Shown: piece after piece, positions 26,477-35,733 of the stretch
Layout of the letters: each line of letters opens with the position of its first letter
Numbering within the stretch: position 1 is the first letter of the stretch
Source of the DNA: an uncultured Bacilli bacterium
Lineage (GTDB): Bacteria; Bacillota_I; Bacilli_A; RFN20; CAG-826
Direction of reading: 5' to 3'
NCBI GenBank assembly: GCA_944363525.1
Contig: CALVUF010000003.1
Span: 173,776 to 237,775 of the forward strand
Length of the DNA: 64,000 bases
Program-made: the position numbers and the translations under genes
Notes under the pieces: model-generated
Seen by the model: the letters and a program-made list of their open reading frames with translations, nothing else
The model's database searches: none
What the model was told of the DNA's origin: nothing

Positions 26477-27646
26477 ATGCCAATTAAAGAAAATTTCGCT
26501 TTTATAGACCTCTTCTCCGGCATCGGTGGGTTCCATCAAGCCATGACGGCTTTCGGCGGTCATTGCGTGTTGGCCTCCGATATCGATCCGGATGCTGTTA
26601 AGGTTTATAAAACCAATTACGGAATTGATTCCAATATCAATGTTCGCAACATTAAAGACGACATGGTACCCGATCACGAGGTTTTATGCGCCGGATTCCC
26701 TTGCCAGGCCTTCTCGAAAGCCGGCAAGCAAAAAGGTTTTATGGACCAAACTCGCGGTACCTTGTTTTTCGAAGTGGCGAGGATTCTTAAGGCTAAGCGA
26801 CCTAAGTACATTATGCTTGAGAACGTTCGCAATCTAGTAAGTCACGATAACGGAAATACCTATCGGACCATTTGCTCGGTCTTAAAAGAATTAGGATATA
26901 GGATACCCGATCAGTCTTTAATTCTTTCCCCTCATCAATTTGGGGTTCCGCAAATTCGCGAACGGATTTATATCCCTGGGGTTTATGATCCTGACCATGT
27001 TTCTGAACCGATTTTCATTGAGTTTGATCATTTGTTGAATAAATCTGACAATTCAATCGATTCGGTGTTGGAAGAAGGGCCGGTTGATCCGCTTTACTCT
27101 ATTTCCGAGCATGTTCTTGATGTCTTGACGGCTTGGGATGAGTTTTATCACGGGGTCGACGTCAAGGTTATTGGCTTCCCCGTTTGGTTTGATCATTTTT
27201 TGGATAAATCCATTGATCCTTCTCTGCCTGAATGGAAACAAACTTTCCTTAGGAAAAATCGCGAGCTTTACTTAAGGAATAAAGAGTTTATCGATGATTG
27301 GTCAAAAAAGTGGAAACATCTAAAAGGCTTCACTCCGACGGAGCGAAAGTTTGAGTGGCAATGTGGCACATCGCTTAATTCGATTTTCGAGGCCGTTATT
27401 CAAATGCGGCCATCGGGCATTCGGGTTAAGAAGCCTGATTGTTTCCAGGCTTTAGTGGCCTTGGTTCAAACACCGATTATCGGGAAGCTTAAGCGGAAGT
27501 TGACTGTGCGTGAGGCTGCAAGGCTGCAATCTTTTCCCGATTCTTTTAAACCCGACCCGAAGACGGGGCAAGCCTATAAGCAATTTGGCAATTCCGTGAA
27601 TATAAATGTCGTGAAAGAAGTCTTTGCCAAATTGATCCAATATTAG
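26477..27646 (+). CDS. dcm: DNA (cytosine-5)-methyltransferase, Dcm-like
   Basis: Motif I FSGIGGF, motif IV GFPCQAFS, motif VI LENV, motif VIII QIRER, motif IX REAARLQSFPD, motif X QFGNSV. GC is lower than the window average. Confidence 0.9.
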   Translation: MPIKENFAFIDLFSGIGGFHQAMTAFGGHCVLASDIDPDAVKVYKTNYGIDSNINVRNIKDDMVPDHEVLCAGFPCQAFSKAGKQKGFMDQTRGTLFFEVARILKAKRPKYIMLENVRNLVSHDNGNTYRTICSVLKELGYRIPDQSLILSPHQFGVPQIRERIYIPGVYDPDHVSEPIFIEFDHLLNKSDNSIDSVLEEGPVDPLYSISEHVLDVLTAWDEFYHGVDVKVIGFPVWFDHFLDKSIDPSLPEWKQTFLRKNRELYLRNKEFIDDWSKKWKHLKGFTPTERKFEWQCGTSLNSIFEAVIQMRPSGIRVKKPDCFQALVALVQTPIIGKLKRKLTVREAARLQSFPDSFKPDPKTGQAYKQFGNSVNINVVKEVFAKLIQY

Positions 27647-27648
27647 TT

Positions 27649-28059
27649 ATGGGTAAGAAAACCGTCCGAGCCGTGGCCGCCGTCATCGTCAAAGACGGCA
27701 AGTATTTCGCCGCCAAGCGGGGCTATGGTTTCCTAAAAGGCTACTTTGAATTCCCTGGTGGGAAGATCGAGGAAGGGGAGACGCCGGAGCAAGCCTTGAT
27801 TAGGGAAATCGAGGAGGAACTCAGCAGCGAGATCCTCGTCCACGACAAACTATTGACGGTCAATTACGAATACCCGGACTTCATCCTGGATATGGATGTC
27901 TTCTTCGCTTCGTTAAAGCAAGGGCGGCTCCTGCTCCATGAAGGGATCCACCTTGAGGAACGGTTCTTTGAATTGGACGAAATGGACGAATCACTCTTCT
28001 GCCCGGCCGACCAATTGATCGTCGCGGCTTTGAAGCGGCGCGACTTTGCTTTGCGATAA
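27649..28059 (+). CDS. MutT/NudG-type Nudix (d)NTP pyrophosphohydrolase
   Basis: GYFEFPGGKIEEGETPEQALIREIEEE is nearly identical in pattern to the E. coli MutT Nudix box region. It starts 2 nt after the MTase stop. Confidence 0.85.
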   Translation: MGKKTVRAVAAVIVKDGKYFAAKRGYGFLKGYFEFPGGKIEEGETPEQALIREIEEELSSEILVHDKLLTVNYEYPDFILDMDVFFASLKQGRLLLHEGIHLEERFFELDEMDESLFCPADQLIVAALKRRDFALR

Positions 28060-28067
28060 ACCGCTTT

Positions 28068-28550
28068 TTGGTTTACCCTATGCCTATGGAACGGCAAAAG
28101 GACAGGATTTTGGGCTTCGGCTTGGTCTATGGGACGATGGCCCGCTTCTTAGCCGACGCCTACCAGCAAGAAGAGCTGTCGAAGGAAGAGGCGGCTTTGA
28201 TGGCGGCCTATATTTTCCTTAGCGAATCGCTTGGGGCTGACGTCGATGTCTTCCTATCCGAGCTTAACGATTTGATCAAGACCAACGAGTTCGTTTCTAA
28301 CGACGGGGTGTTGATGCTCCCCGATGATAGTTTCCATTCGATCGGGTATGTCCTCTCGATGTTAGGGGAGAACGAGTTCGCCTATGACGAAGGGCTCTAT
28401 AATGAGCTGAAGCAGAAGATCGATGAGGGGTATGAGACCTTCCTCCCCTCGACCGATGACTTGTGCCGGAGCTTGATCAACGATGTCTGCCCGGACGGGG
28501 ATTTAGCCCCTCTATATCAAAAGATAAAGGACCTGCGGGTCGGAGGATAG
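28068..28550 (+). CDS. Hypothetical protein
   Basis: 160-aa acidic protein with no motif recognized. It is tightly linked to the Nudix gene. Confidence 0.5.
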   Translation: MVYPMPMERQKDRILGFGLVYGTMARFLADAYQQEELSKEEAALMAAYIFLSESLGADVDVFLSELNDLIKTNEFVSNDGVLMLPDDSFHSIGYVLSMLGENEFAYDEGLYNELKQKIDEGYETFLPSTDDLCRSLINDVCPDGDLAPLYQKIKDLRVGG

Positions 28551-28554
28551 CGAT

Positions 28555-29382
28555 ATGGTGATGAAAAGCGAGCATAGCGACCATCGGCTGCAGGCCTATT
28601 TGTATGGTGAGACCTGCCAAGCCCATTTATCGAGGGTCGAATCCGATTTAGCCCAGGAATACCCGGTCGCCTTCAAACGGGACTTATTGGTCTTGATCGA
28701 GGCCTTGGCCCGCTTCGTCGACGACTCCATCGTCTCCCCCCGTTTGTTATATCCTTCGCCAAGCGACCCCATCACCTATCTTTGTTTGGCGGTTGGTCAG
28801 GATCCGGAATTAGCCGGGCGCCTGCTCGATTACCTCAAAGCCAAGAACTATTATTGCTTCGACGCCGGTATCAATTTATACAATGCTTTGATCAAGCGGC
28901 TTTCCTTAGCGCTTGATGCCCCCTATTTATCCCGCATCGCCCTCCGTTCCCCCTCCCCTTCGGCCGGTCTTGAATACGCGGTGGCCAAGGGCAAGCTTCT
29001 AGAAGCCAACGTCACCTTCTCCGCCTCCCAATTGGCGGAGCTGGATATGAAGCAGAAACGGGTCAGTATCAAGACCCGGGTCGAGATCACCGACATCGCC
29101 GATCAGGGCGCGGTCTATGGGATGATCGTCCTCAACACCAAGTCCTTGACCAAGTCGCGGCGTTACGTCTTGACCCCCAACGGGACGGGCGAGCTATACA
29201 AAGGGTTTGAGTTATCTTATCCCCTTGCCGACCTTGGCCCCTATGCCCGGGCGGACTTAGGGCTCATCATCCAAGTGAGGGGCCACGAATCGAAGTTCGA
29301 TAAGGATGGCCATAAGCTGAAGGAGAAGTTCTCCCAGCTGACCCTGCCTCTTTCGGCTAACCTCGTTTTCCCGAAGGAATAA
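28555..29382 (+). CDS. Hypothetical protein
   Basis: 275 aa with no motif recognized. Confidence 0.5.
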   Translation: MVMKSEHSDHRLQAYLYGETCQAHLSRVESDLAQEYPVAFKRDLLVLIEALARFVDDSIVSPRLLYPSPSDPITYLCLAVGQDPELAGRLLDYLKAKNYYCFDAGINLYNALIKRLSLALDAPYLSRIALRSPSPSAGLEYAVAKGKLLEANVTFSASQLAELDMKQKRVSIKTRVEITDIADQGAVYGMIVLNTKSLTKSRRYVLTPNGTGELYKGFELSYPLADLGPYARADLGLIIQVRGHESKFDKDGHKLKEKFSQLTLPLSANLVFPKE

Positions 29383-29384
29383 CC

Positions 29385-30479
29385 ATGGCCGATTTAGATA
29401 AAATCGCATCCGGGTGCCTCCATTGCCCGAAAGCCTTTTGCTCATTGGCCTGCCCCCTCCATAATCCCATCAGCGAGGCCCTTTCTTTATACTCCAAAGG
29501 GGAGAAAGCCAAGGCGGCCGAGCTTATCTATCAATATAACCCTTTCCCCGAATTGACCGGGGCCCTATGCGAACGCTTTTGCGCGAAAAACTGCGTCAAA
29601 CACCGACTAGGCGAACCGATAGCTTTCTCGCCTTTTGAAAGCGAAATCGCGCAATACCCGGATATTCGGGCGAAAAACGAACCGACCGGGAAGCGTATCG
29701 CCGTCATCGGGGCCGGGCCGGCTGGCTTGGCCTATGCCTATAAGCTTCTGCTCTTAGGAGACGAGGTCACGGTCTATGACGCCTATCCCTCCGTTGGGGG
29801 CGCCATCTACGCCTATATTCCAGGGTTCCGCTTTGATATGGGAATCCTCGATCACGTTCAGAAGCGGCTGGAAAGACTCGGCTGCCATTTCAAATTGGGG
29901 CATAGGGTCGAAGAGGAACCGGCCGGGTTCGATAAAGTGGTCTATGCCACCGGGGCTTATGAGGCCAATTTGGCCGGGTTCAAATTGAATGAACGAATCC
30001 AGTTGGGGCTGGACCTCCTTTATGGCCTTAAGCATGGCGGGTTAACCTTACCTTTGGCTGGTCATTATTTCGTCTATGGCGGGGGCAACGTCGCCTTGGA
30101 TTGCCTTCGAAGCTTAGCCCGCTTAGGGCTTGATGTCACTTTGGTCTATCGCCGGAGTGAACTGGAGATGCCCGGTGACAAGGAACAACTGATGTTGGCC
30201 GAGCAAGAAGGGGCCAAGACCCGGTTTTTGACGGTGATCGATAAAGCGGAAGCCAATATCCTTGTTCTCAAGCAATGCGAACTCGGGCCGGTCGGTTCTG
30301 ATGGCCGGCGGGCCTTTAAAGTCCTCGATGGGAGCGAAGAAAAAGTTCCTTTCGATAAGCTCTATCTTTGCTTAGGCGAACGGGGCAAAACCCTTCCGGG
30401 GAGGACTTATATTGGGGACGCCGTATTGGGTTCAAGCAACGTTCCCTCGGCGATCTATTCGGCCTTGAGCCTCGACTGA
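29385..30479 (+). CDS. GltD-like (glutamate synthase small subunit / NfnB / SudA family) Fe-S flavoprotein oxidoreductase, short form
   Basis: CLHCPKAFCSLACP...FPELTGALCERFCAKNC aligns with the GltD cysteine clusters. IAVIGAGPAG is a Rossmann fold and YGGGNVALD is a second dinucleotide site. The protein is only 364 aa. Confidence 0.7.
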   Translation: MADLDKIASGCLHCPKAFCSLACPLHNPISEALSLYSKGEKAKAAELIYQYNPFPELTGALCERFCAKNCVKHRLGEPIAFSPFESEIAQYPDIRAKNEPTGKRIAVIGAGPAGLAYAYKLLLLGDEVTVYDAYPSVGGAIYAYIPGFRFDMGILDHVQKRLERLGCHFKLGHRVEEEPAGFDKVVYATGAYEANLAGFKLNERIQLGLDLLYGLKHGGLTLPLAGHYFVYGGGNVALDCLRSLARLGLDVTLVYRRSELEMPGDKEQLMLAEQEGAKTRFLTVIDKAEANILVLKQCELGPVGSDGRRAFKVLDGSEEKVPFDKLYLCLGERGKTLPGRTYIGDAVLGSSNVPSAIYSALSLD

Positions 30480-30581
30480 ACTGAAACTTTTTTGCCCGTT
30501 TTCCGCTTTTTTGATTTGCCTCCTATTGTTTTTGCTTTTCGCTTCTCTACAATTGTAGAGAAAGAAGACGGAGGGCGGAAT

Positions 30582-31286
30582 ATGGATGACATCATGGTCG
30601 CCAGCAAGATGCGGAAAGTGTTCGGTTCGGGCGAATCGGAAGTCATCGCCCTCAATGACATTGATTTTTCGATTAAGCGGGGGGAATTGGTCATCATCCT
30701 CGGTCCCTCGGGAGCGGGCAAATCGACCCTTTTGAACTTGATCGGCGGGATGGATTCCTTAACCAGCGGCTCCCTTATCGTCGATGGGGAGGAACTCGCG
30801 ACCGCGAGCAAACGCGAACTGACCGAATACCGTCGGAATAAAATCGGATTTGTCTTCCAATTCTATAACCTCATGCCGAATCTGACGGCGAAGGAGAATA
30901 TCGAATTGGCCACCGAGCTGAAGAAAGACGCCTTGCCGCCGGAAGAGGTCTTAGCCAAAGTCGGCTTGGCTGACCGGCAGGATAATTTCCCTTCCCAATT
31001 AAGCGGGGGTGAGCAGCAACGGGTGTCTTTAGCCAGGGCCATCGCCAAGAACCCGGATATCATCCTTTGCGATGAGCCGACCGGAGCCCTCGATTACGAA
31101 ACCGGGAAGGAGATCCTTTCCTTGTTGTCATTAGCGGCCCGAAAGCAGGGTAAGACCGTCATCATCGTCACCCATAACAGCGCCCTCAAGGACATGGGCG
31201 ACCATCTACTAAGAATCAAGAACGGGCGGATCGTGCTCGATGAGCATAACGACCACCCGATGGACATCAAGGACATTGAGTGGTGA
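30582..31286 (+). CDS. ABC transporter ATP-binding protein (MacB/LolD/FtsE-like)
   Basis: A GGAGGG sits 6 nt upstream of the start MDDIM. Walker A is GPSGAGKST, the signature is LSGGEQQR and Walker B is [11 protein letters not shown]. Confidence 0.85.
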   Translation: MDDIMVASKMRKVFGSGESEVIALNDIDFSIKRGELVIILGPSGAGKSTLLNLIGGMDSLTSGSLIVDGEELATASKRELTEYRRNKIGFVFQFYNLMPNLTAKENIELATELKKDALPPEEVLAKVGLADRQDNFPSQLSGGEQQRVSLARAIAKNPDIILCDEPTGALDYETGKEILSLLSLAARKQGKTVIIVTHNSALKDMGDHLLRIKNGRIVLDEHNDHPMDIKDIEW

Positions 31287-33190
31287 TGAAGGCCTATAGC
31301 AAGACGTTATTCCGGATGGTCTCCCATAACAAGGGGAGGTTTTTGGCCAACTTCTTCATTTGCCTCATCTCGGTTTTCGTCTCGAGTGGCCTCGCTGCCT
31401 GCCCCGATTCCTTTGAGCAGTCCTATGTCTTAGGCTATGACGACAACCCGCCGGATTTAATCGTCAAATCGACTGAGGAGACGGGTTTTTCCGATGAGGA
31501 TATCCAGGCTTTGCAGGGTATTTCCGGTTATCAGGACAGTTTTTCCTTCTTCTCCTATGACTTCTCGCCCAATGACGATGGAGATTACTACCGGGTCTAT
31601 TTAGTCGATATGACAACGATGGAGATGGCTAAGCCAGCGGCCGATGCTTATCCTTCCGCCTTAAACGAAGTGGTCGCCATTAAGGGAATCGGGAATTACG
31701 AAGTGGGGCAGGCTTTGGGCTTCGATCCTTTGAAGGCCATCACTGATTCAGTCAAAGAGCAGGCGGGCCCGATGGCCGGCATGTTCAACTTCCCTTCGGC
31801 CGAGGAGTATGAAATCGTCTCCTTAGCTGAGAATTCCTTATACCGGTGCACCGCCCCCGAGACGGCTATGATCGATTCGGAGGAAGATGAATACATCGAA
31901 GGCATCTTCTATTTGGATCGTTATTACTTGCGGACCGTCCTTCCCGACGCCATCGCCGGGAAGTTCAACATCGAGTCCTTCTTCCCGACCACCGACGTCT
32001 ATTTGACTTTCGCCGCTAAATCGAAGTATATGACCGCCGCCTATAACGATGAGATGGCGGGAAAAGCCGCGGAAGTCAAAACCTTGCTCGGCGATAAGAT
32101 TGAGGTCTTGACCTTGAAGGAGAATACCTCCTATTCGATGTTCGATTACTACAACGACAAAGTCCGGGGCATCTCCTTCGTCATCCCCTGCTTCTTCATC
32201 GTCATCTGCGCCCTCATCAACTTGATCACCATGCAGCGCCTGATGAAGGATGAACGGAGCGAGATCGGCTGCTATGCCTCCTTGGGTTTCCATAAGGCCT
32301 CGATCGCCGGCAAGTTCCTCTTCTTCGCTTTCTTCTCGGCCGCGACCGGTTGCTTAGCCGGGTTTTTGTCCGGGACCCCTTTATTGCCGTTATTGCTTTT
32401 CCCGGCCTATAGTTCGGTCTTCACGATGGGGGATTTCGCGATCTCCTTCTTCACCGTGGCTGGGACCTTGCTCGCGATCGGCATCGTCTGCGTCTCGCTA
32501 CTGGTCACGACTTATATCGCCCTTTCTTACCTCAAAGAGGTGCCGGCGGAACTATTGAAGGAAAAGGCCCCGAAGCCAGGGAAGAAGATATGGTTAGAGA
32601 GGATCAAGCCGCTTTGGAAGCGGATATCCTTCTCCTGGAAGAGCAGTTTACGGAACATCTTTAGGCAAAAGAAGAACCTGATCCTCACCACCTTATCGGT
32701 CATCGGGGGGACAGTCATCGTGATGTTGGGCTTTGCCCTCAATGACGCCTCGTCGGCCATGACTGATGACCCCCTATTCGGACGGGTCGCCTCCTCGATG
32801 GGCACCATCAGCGCCGTCATCATCCTGCTTGCCATCGCCCTCGCCGTCACCGTCATCTATTCCTTAGCCAACATGAACATCGAGGACCGGAAAAGAGAGA
32901 TCGCGACCTTAAAGGTCCTCGGTTACCATAACGTCGAATGCTCGCTTTATACCTTCCGCGAGATCATCTTCATCGTCATCGTGGCCTCGATCCTCGGGGT
33001 TGGCGTTGGGACCGGCGTCGTCTATTGGGCCTTTGATTTCCTTCAATTCGGGGAGCTAAGCGACGTCCAATGGTATTCTTACCTCGCTTCCCCGATCCTC
33101 ATCATTATCTCGACGGTTCTGGTCAATTTGATCTTGTCGCCCCATATCGCCCACATCGACATGAACTCGTCCTTGAAGCAATTGGACTAA
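31286..33190 (+). CDS. FtsX/MacB-type ABC permease with a large extracytoplasmic domain
   Basis: TGATG overlap with the ATPase gene. One N-terminal TM helix, an extracellular domain of about 250 aa, then two groups of 3-4 helices, the FtsX-like architecture. Confidence 0.8.
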   Translation: MKAYSKTLFRMVSHNKGRFLANFFICLISVFVSSGLAACPDSFEQSYVLGYDDNPPDLIVKSTEETGFSDEDIQALQGISGYQDSFSFFSYDFSPNDDGDYYRVYLVDMTTMEMAKPAADAYPSALNEVVAIKGIGNYEVGQALGFDPLKAITDSVKEQAGPMAGMFNFPSAEEYEIVSLAENSLYRCTAPETAMIDSEEDEYIEGIFYLDRYYLRTVLPDAIAGKFNIESFFPTTDVYLTFAAKSKYMTAAYNDEMAGKAAEVKTLLGDKIEVLTLKENTSYSMFDYYNDKVRGISFVIPCFFIVICALINLITMQRLMKDERSEIGCYASLGFHKASIAGKFLFFAFFSAATGCLAGFLSGTPLLPLLLFPAYSSVFTMGDFAISFFTVAGTLLAIGIVCVSLLVTTYIALSYLKEVPAELLKEKAPKPGKKIWLERIKPLWKRISFSWKSSLRNIFRQKKNLILTTLSVIGGTVIVMLGFALNDASSAMTDDPLFGRVASSMGTISAVIILLAIALAVTVIYSLANMNIEDRKREIATLKVLGYHNVECSLYTFREIIFIVIVASILGVGVGTGVVYWAFDFLQFGELSDVQWYSYLASPILIIISTVLVNLILSPHIAHIDMNSSLKQLD

Positions 33191-33212
33191 AAAAGCCTCC
33201 ACTGAGGCTTTA
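33190..33212. terminator. Bidirectional terminator between convergent genes
   Basis: agcctc/gaggct stem with a cact loop, an A-run and a T-run. Confidence 0.6.
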
Positions 33213-34256
33213 TCAATATACTTCGATGACGCCGGCGCCTTGGTTTTTGGCTTTAAGTAAGGCGGTATCGGCCCGGCGGAAGGCGATGTTGCCGGATTCC
33301 CCAAGTTCCGCCACGTAGAGGCCGACCGAGAGGCTGAGGTTATGCTTGCTTAGGTTATCATTGACCATCTCCAGCCGGTGGAGGGTCTCTTCTTTATTGA
33401 GCCGGGTGATGATGGCGAATTCGTCCCCACCCCAACGATAGGCGTTTTGGAAGTAACGACGGAGGGTATCGGCGACGATCCGGAGGGCCTGATCCCCATA
33501 GCCGTGGCCTTTGAGGTCATTGACCTGCTTGAAGCGGTCGATGTCGACGACGGCGAAGACATAGGCGGTTTTGAGCTTATCGATATAGGCGATCTGCTTA
33601 TCGAGGTTCCGCCGGTTGCCTAAGCCCGTCAATTCATCGAGGAGCGATTCCTTCCGTAATTTGTTATAGCCCAGGTAATGGGCTTTGCTATTGGCATAGA
33701 CCGCATAGCAGGCGACGCACATGACGCCGGTGAAGACCATAGCCCCGATGTAGTTGACCCAGGAGAAGTTGAATCCGGGGATCGATTGGAGGGAGAAGGC
33801 TAGGGCTAGGCAGCCCCCGATCTGGAGGGCGAAGCTGGTGGTCGGGTGCATCAAGATGATCAGAGGGACGGCGGAAGCCACGACGAAATAGGAGATGGGG
33901 CGGGCCCCGTTATGGGCCGCCTCCAAATAGGCCGAGAGGACGGAGAAGGCGGTCATGAAGACGGCGAAGACGACGAAGAAGGAGGCGTAGGTCGCTTCCT
34001 TCCAGAACCCTTTATCCTTCTTCTCGGTGAAATAGATCAAAAGCAAGGAGGCGAGCGACATCGCGGTCAGCAAACCGTAGATGACGATGTAGACGATGGC
34101 CCCATTCGGGCTGATGGGGTAGGTTTGGACCCCGCACCAAACGCCTTCGAAGATGCCTAAGACCAGGAGGAAGGAGCAGAGGATGAAGATGAGTTTCCGC
34201 CTTTCGATCAAGGCCGAGCCGATGATCCGGAGGTGGGTGAAGAAGACGTTTTTCAT
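33213..34256 (-). CDS. Membrane-bound diguanylate cyclase (N-terminal multi-TM sensor plus GGDEF)
   Basis: About six transmembrane helices, then RWGGDEF with GHGYGD upstream. No RxxD I-site. Confidence 0.85.
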   Translation of the reverse strand: MKNVFFTHLRIIGSALIERRKLIFILCSFLLVLGIFEGVWCGVQTYPISPNGAIVYIVIYGLLTAMSLASLLLIYFTEKKDKGFWKEATYASFFVVFAVFMTAFSVLSAYLEAAHNGARPISYFVVASAVPLIILMHPTTSFALQIGGCLALAFSLQSIPGFNFSWVNYIGAMVFTGVMCVACYAVYANSKAHYLGYNKLRKESLLDELTGLGNRRNLDKQIAYIDKLKTAYVFAVVDIDRFKQVNDLKGHGYGDQALRIVADTLRRYFQNAYRWGGDEFAIITRLNKEETLHRLEMVNDNLSKHNLSLSVGLYVAELGESGNIAFRRADTALLKAKNQGAGVIEVY

Positions 34257-35332
34257 GCCATCGACACCTCCTCGACCGATTGGCCGTTGAATAGCCCCTT
34301 GCCGGCTTTCTTCGATTCATAGAGCCGCCGATCGGCTTCGGCGAAGCAATAGTCCCGGGCTTCGCCGGGTTTGGCGGCGTAGATCCCGAAGCTGACGGTG
34401 ACGCCTAAATCCGATAGTTCCTTCTTGGTTTCGGCCAAAGCCCGTTGGAGCTCACCCTCTGGGGCTTTGGTCAAGACCACGAACTCATCCCCGCCATAAC
34501 GGTAGCAGTACTCGAAGTGGTGGGCTAAGGCGTTGGCCGAGCCGACGATGACGTCGTCGCCCCGGGAATGCCCGTCCCGGTCATTGATTTCCTTAAGGCC
34601 ATCGAGGTCGGCCATGATGATGATGAAGCTCTCTTGCCTCTCGATTATTGCGTTGACGTCCATTTCCAACTTCTTGCGGTTGGGTATAAGGGTCAATTCA
34701 TCGGTATAGGCGAGGTCGGCCATTCTTTTCTCCGAGCGGTGGCCGAAGGTGATCCCGGTGTAGCGGACCCCGACGGCGATGACCATGACGATGGCATAGA
34801 GGATGAAGTTGGCGTAGTCGTGTTCATTGAGGCTTAAGCCAGTGAAGTGGCAGCAGAGCAAAAGGACGGCGGTGCCGATGATCTCGAGGGCGGCTATCAA
34901 GAAGGGATCGGGGACGAAGAAAAAGGCGAGGATGGTCATGAAGGTGAAGTAGGAGATCGGCATGGCCCCGCCAGCCATCTCGGCATAGGCCAAGGCGACC
35001 GATAAACTGGCCAAAATGACCGTGAAGCCAATGAAGTACCAGTGGAAAAACTTTATCTGACGCTGAAAAGACGCCTTTCGTTTTAAGATGTGGAGCATAA
35101 TCGCGGTCGTGAACCCGAGCGCGGCGATTAGATATAGCAAAGAAGTCCGCTCCGCATGGTACCAACCACCATGTTCCTCCAAGAGGAAATGGTAAATCAT
35201 GATGATGGTCCCGTAGATAAGACAAAAAGCTCCCAAACCGTAGTTCAGGATCAGGATGGCGGTGCGGTTTTTGTTAATGTGCTCGGCTAGCAACGAATGG
35301 TCTATTGCTAGGAGGTTCTTGCGGTTTTCCAT
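34253..35332 (-). CDS. Second membrane-bound diguanylate cyclase (multi-TM plus GGDEF)
   Basis: RYGGDEF is intact. It overlaps the downstream GGDEF gene by 4 nt. The likely start is MENRKNLLAID, since the ORF-track start at 35485 adds 51 non-hydrophobic codons. Confidence 0.8.
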   Translation of the reverse strand: MENRKNLLAIDHSLLAEHINKNRTAILILNYGLGAFCLIYGTIIMIYHFLLEEHGGWYHAERTSLLYLIAALGFTTAIMLHILKRKASFQRQIKFFHWYFIGFTVILASLSVALAYAEMAGGAMPISYFTFMTILAFFFVPDPFLIAALEIIGTAVLLLCCHFTGLSLNEHDYANFILYAIVMVIAVGVRYTGITFGHRSEKRMADLAYTDELTLIPNRKKLEMDVNAIIERQESFIIIMADLDGLKEINDRDGHSRGDDVIVGSANALAHHFEYCYRYGGDEFVVLTKAPEGELQRALAETKKELSDLGVTVSFGIYAAKPGEARDYCFAEADRRLYESKKAGKGLFNGQSVEEVSMA

Positions 35333-35699
35333 GGCAAATAAACTATTGGTTTCCCTAGGTTGGAGGGTAGTAAATATAAATAGGAAAAATCGTTTTTCTG
35401 TCAAGGGTTCTGCCCCCAAAAGAAAGGATTTTCGTTCCCAAATTTCGGATTCATATTTTTTCGTTGACAGCGAATGAAAAAGCACATTTTGGGAAAAACT
35501 GGGTTAAGAGAGATTTTTGCTCGGCTAAAAAAGGGGCTTTTTTTTCGGACGCTTGATTTAACTCCAGCAATAATTCATTGACTTACGTTGCTTTTGGCGT
35601 AAAAGAATGTAAAATCTATGTAAAATATTTTGATGACGGCAGCAAAATAGTCTCTCCCCAAGGTCCAGAAAGCCTTTTATCTAGGATAAAAGTTTTCAT

Positions 35700-35727
35700 T
35701 TGATATTCCCTAGACCGATCCTATAAT
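35700..35727 (+). promoter_or_regulatory. Strong sigma-A promoter TTGATA-N16-TATAAT with the ATG 6 nt downstream (leaderless transcript candidate)
   Basis: -35 at 35700-35705, -10 at 35722-35727, ATG at 35734, no Shine-Dalgarno sequence. Confidence 0.6.
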
Positions 35728-35733
35728 GCGCCT

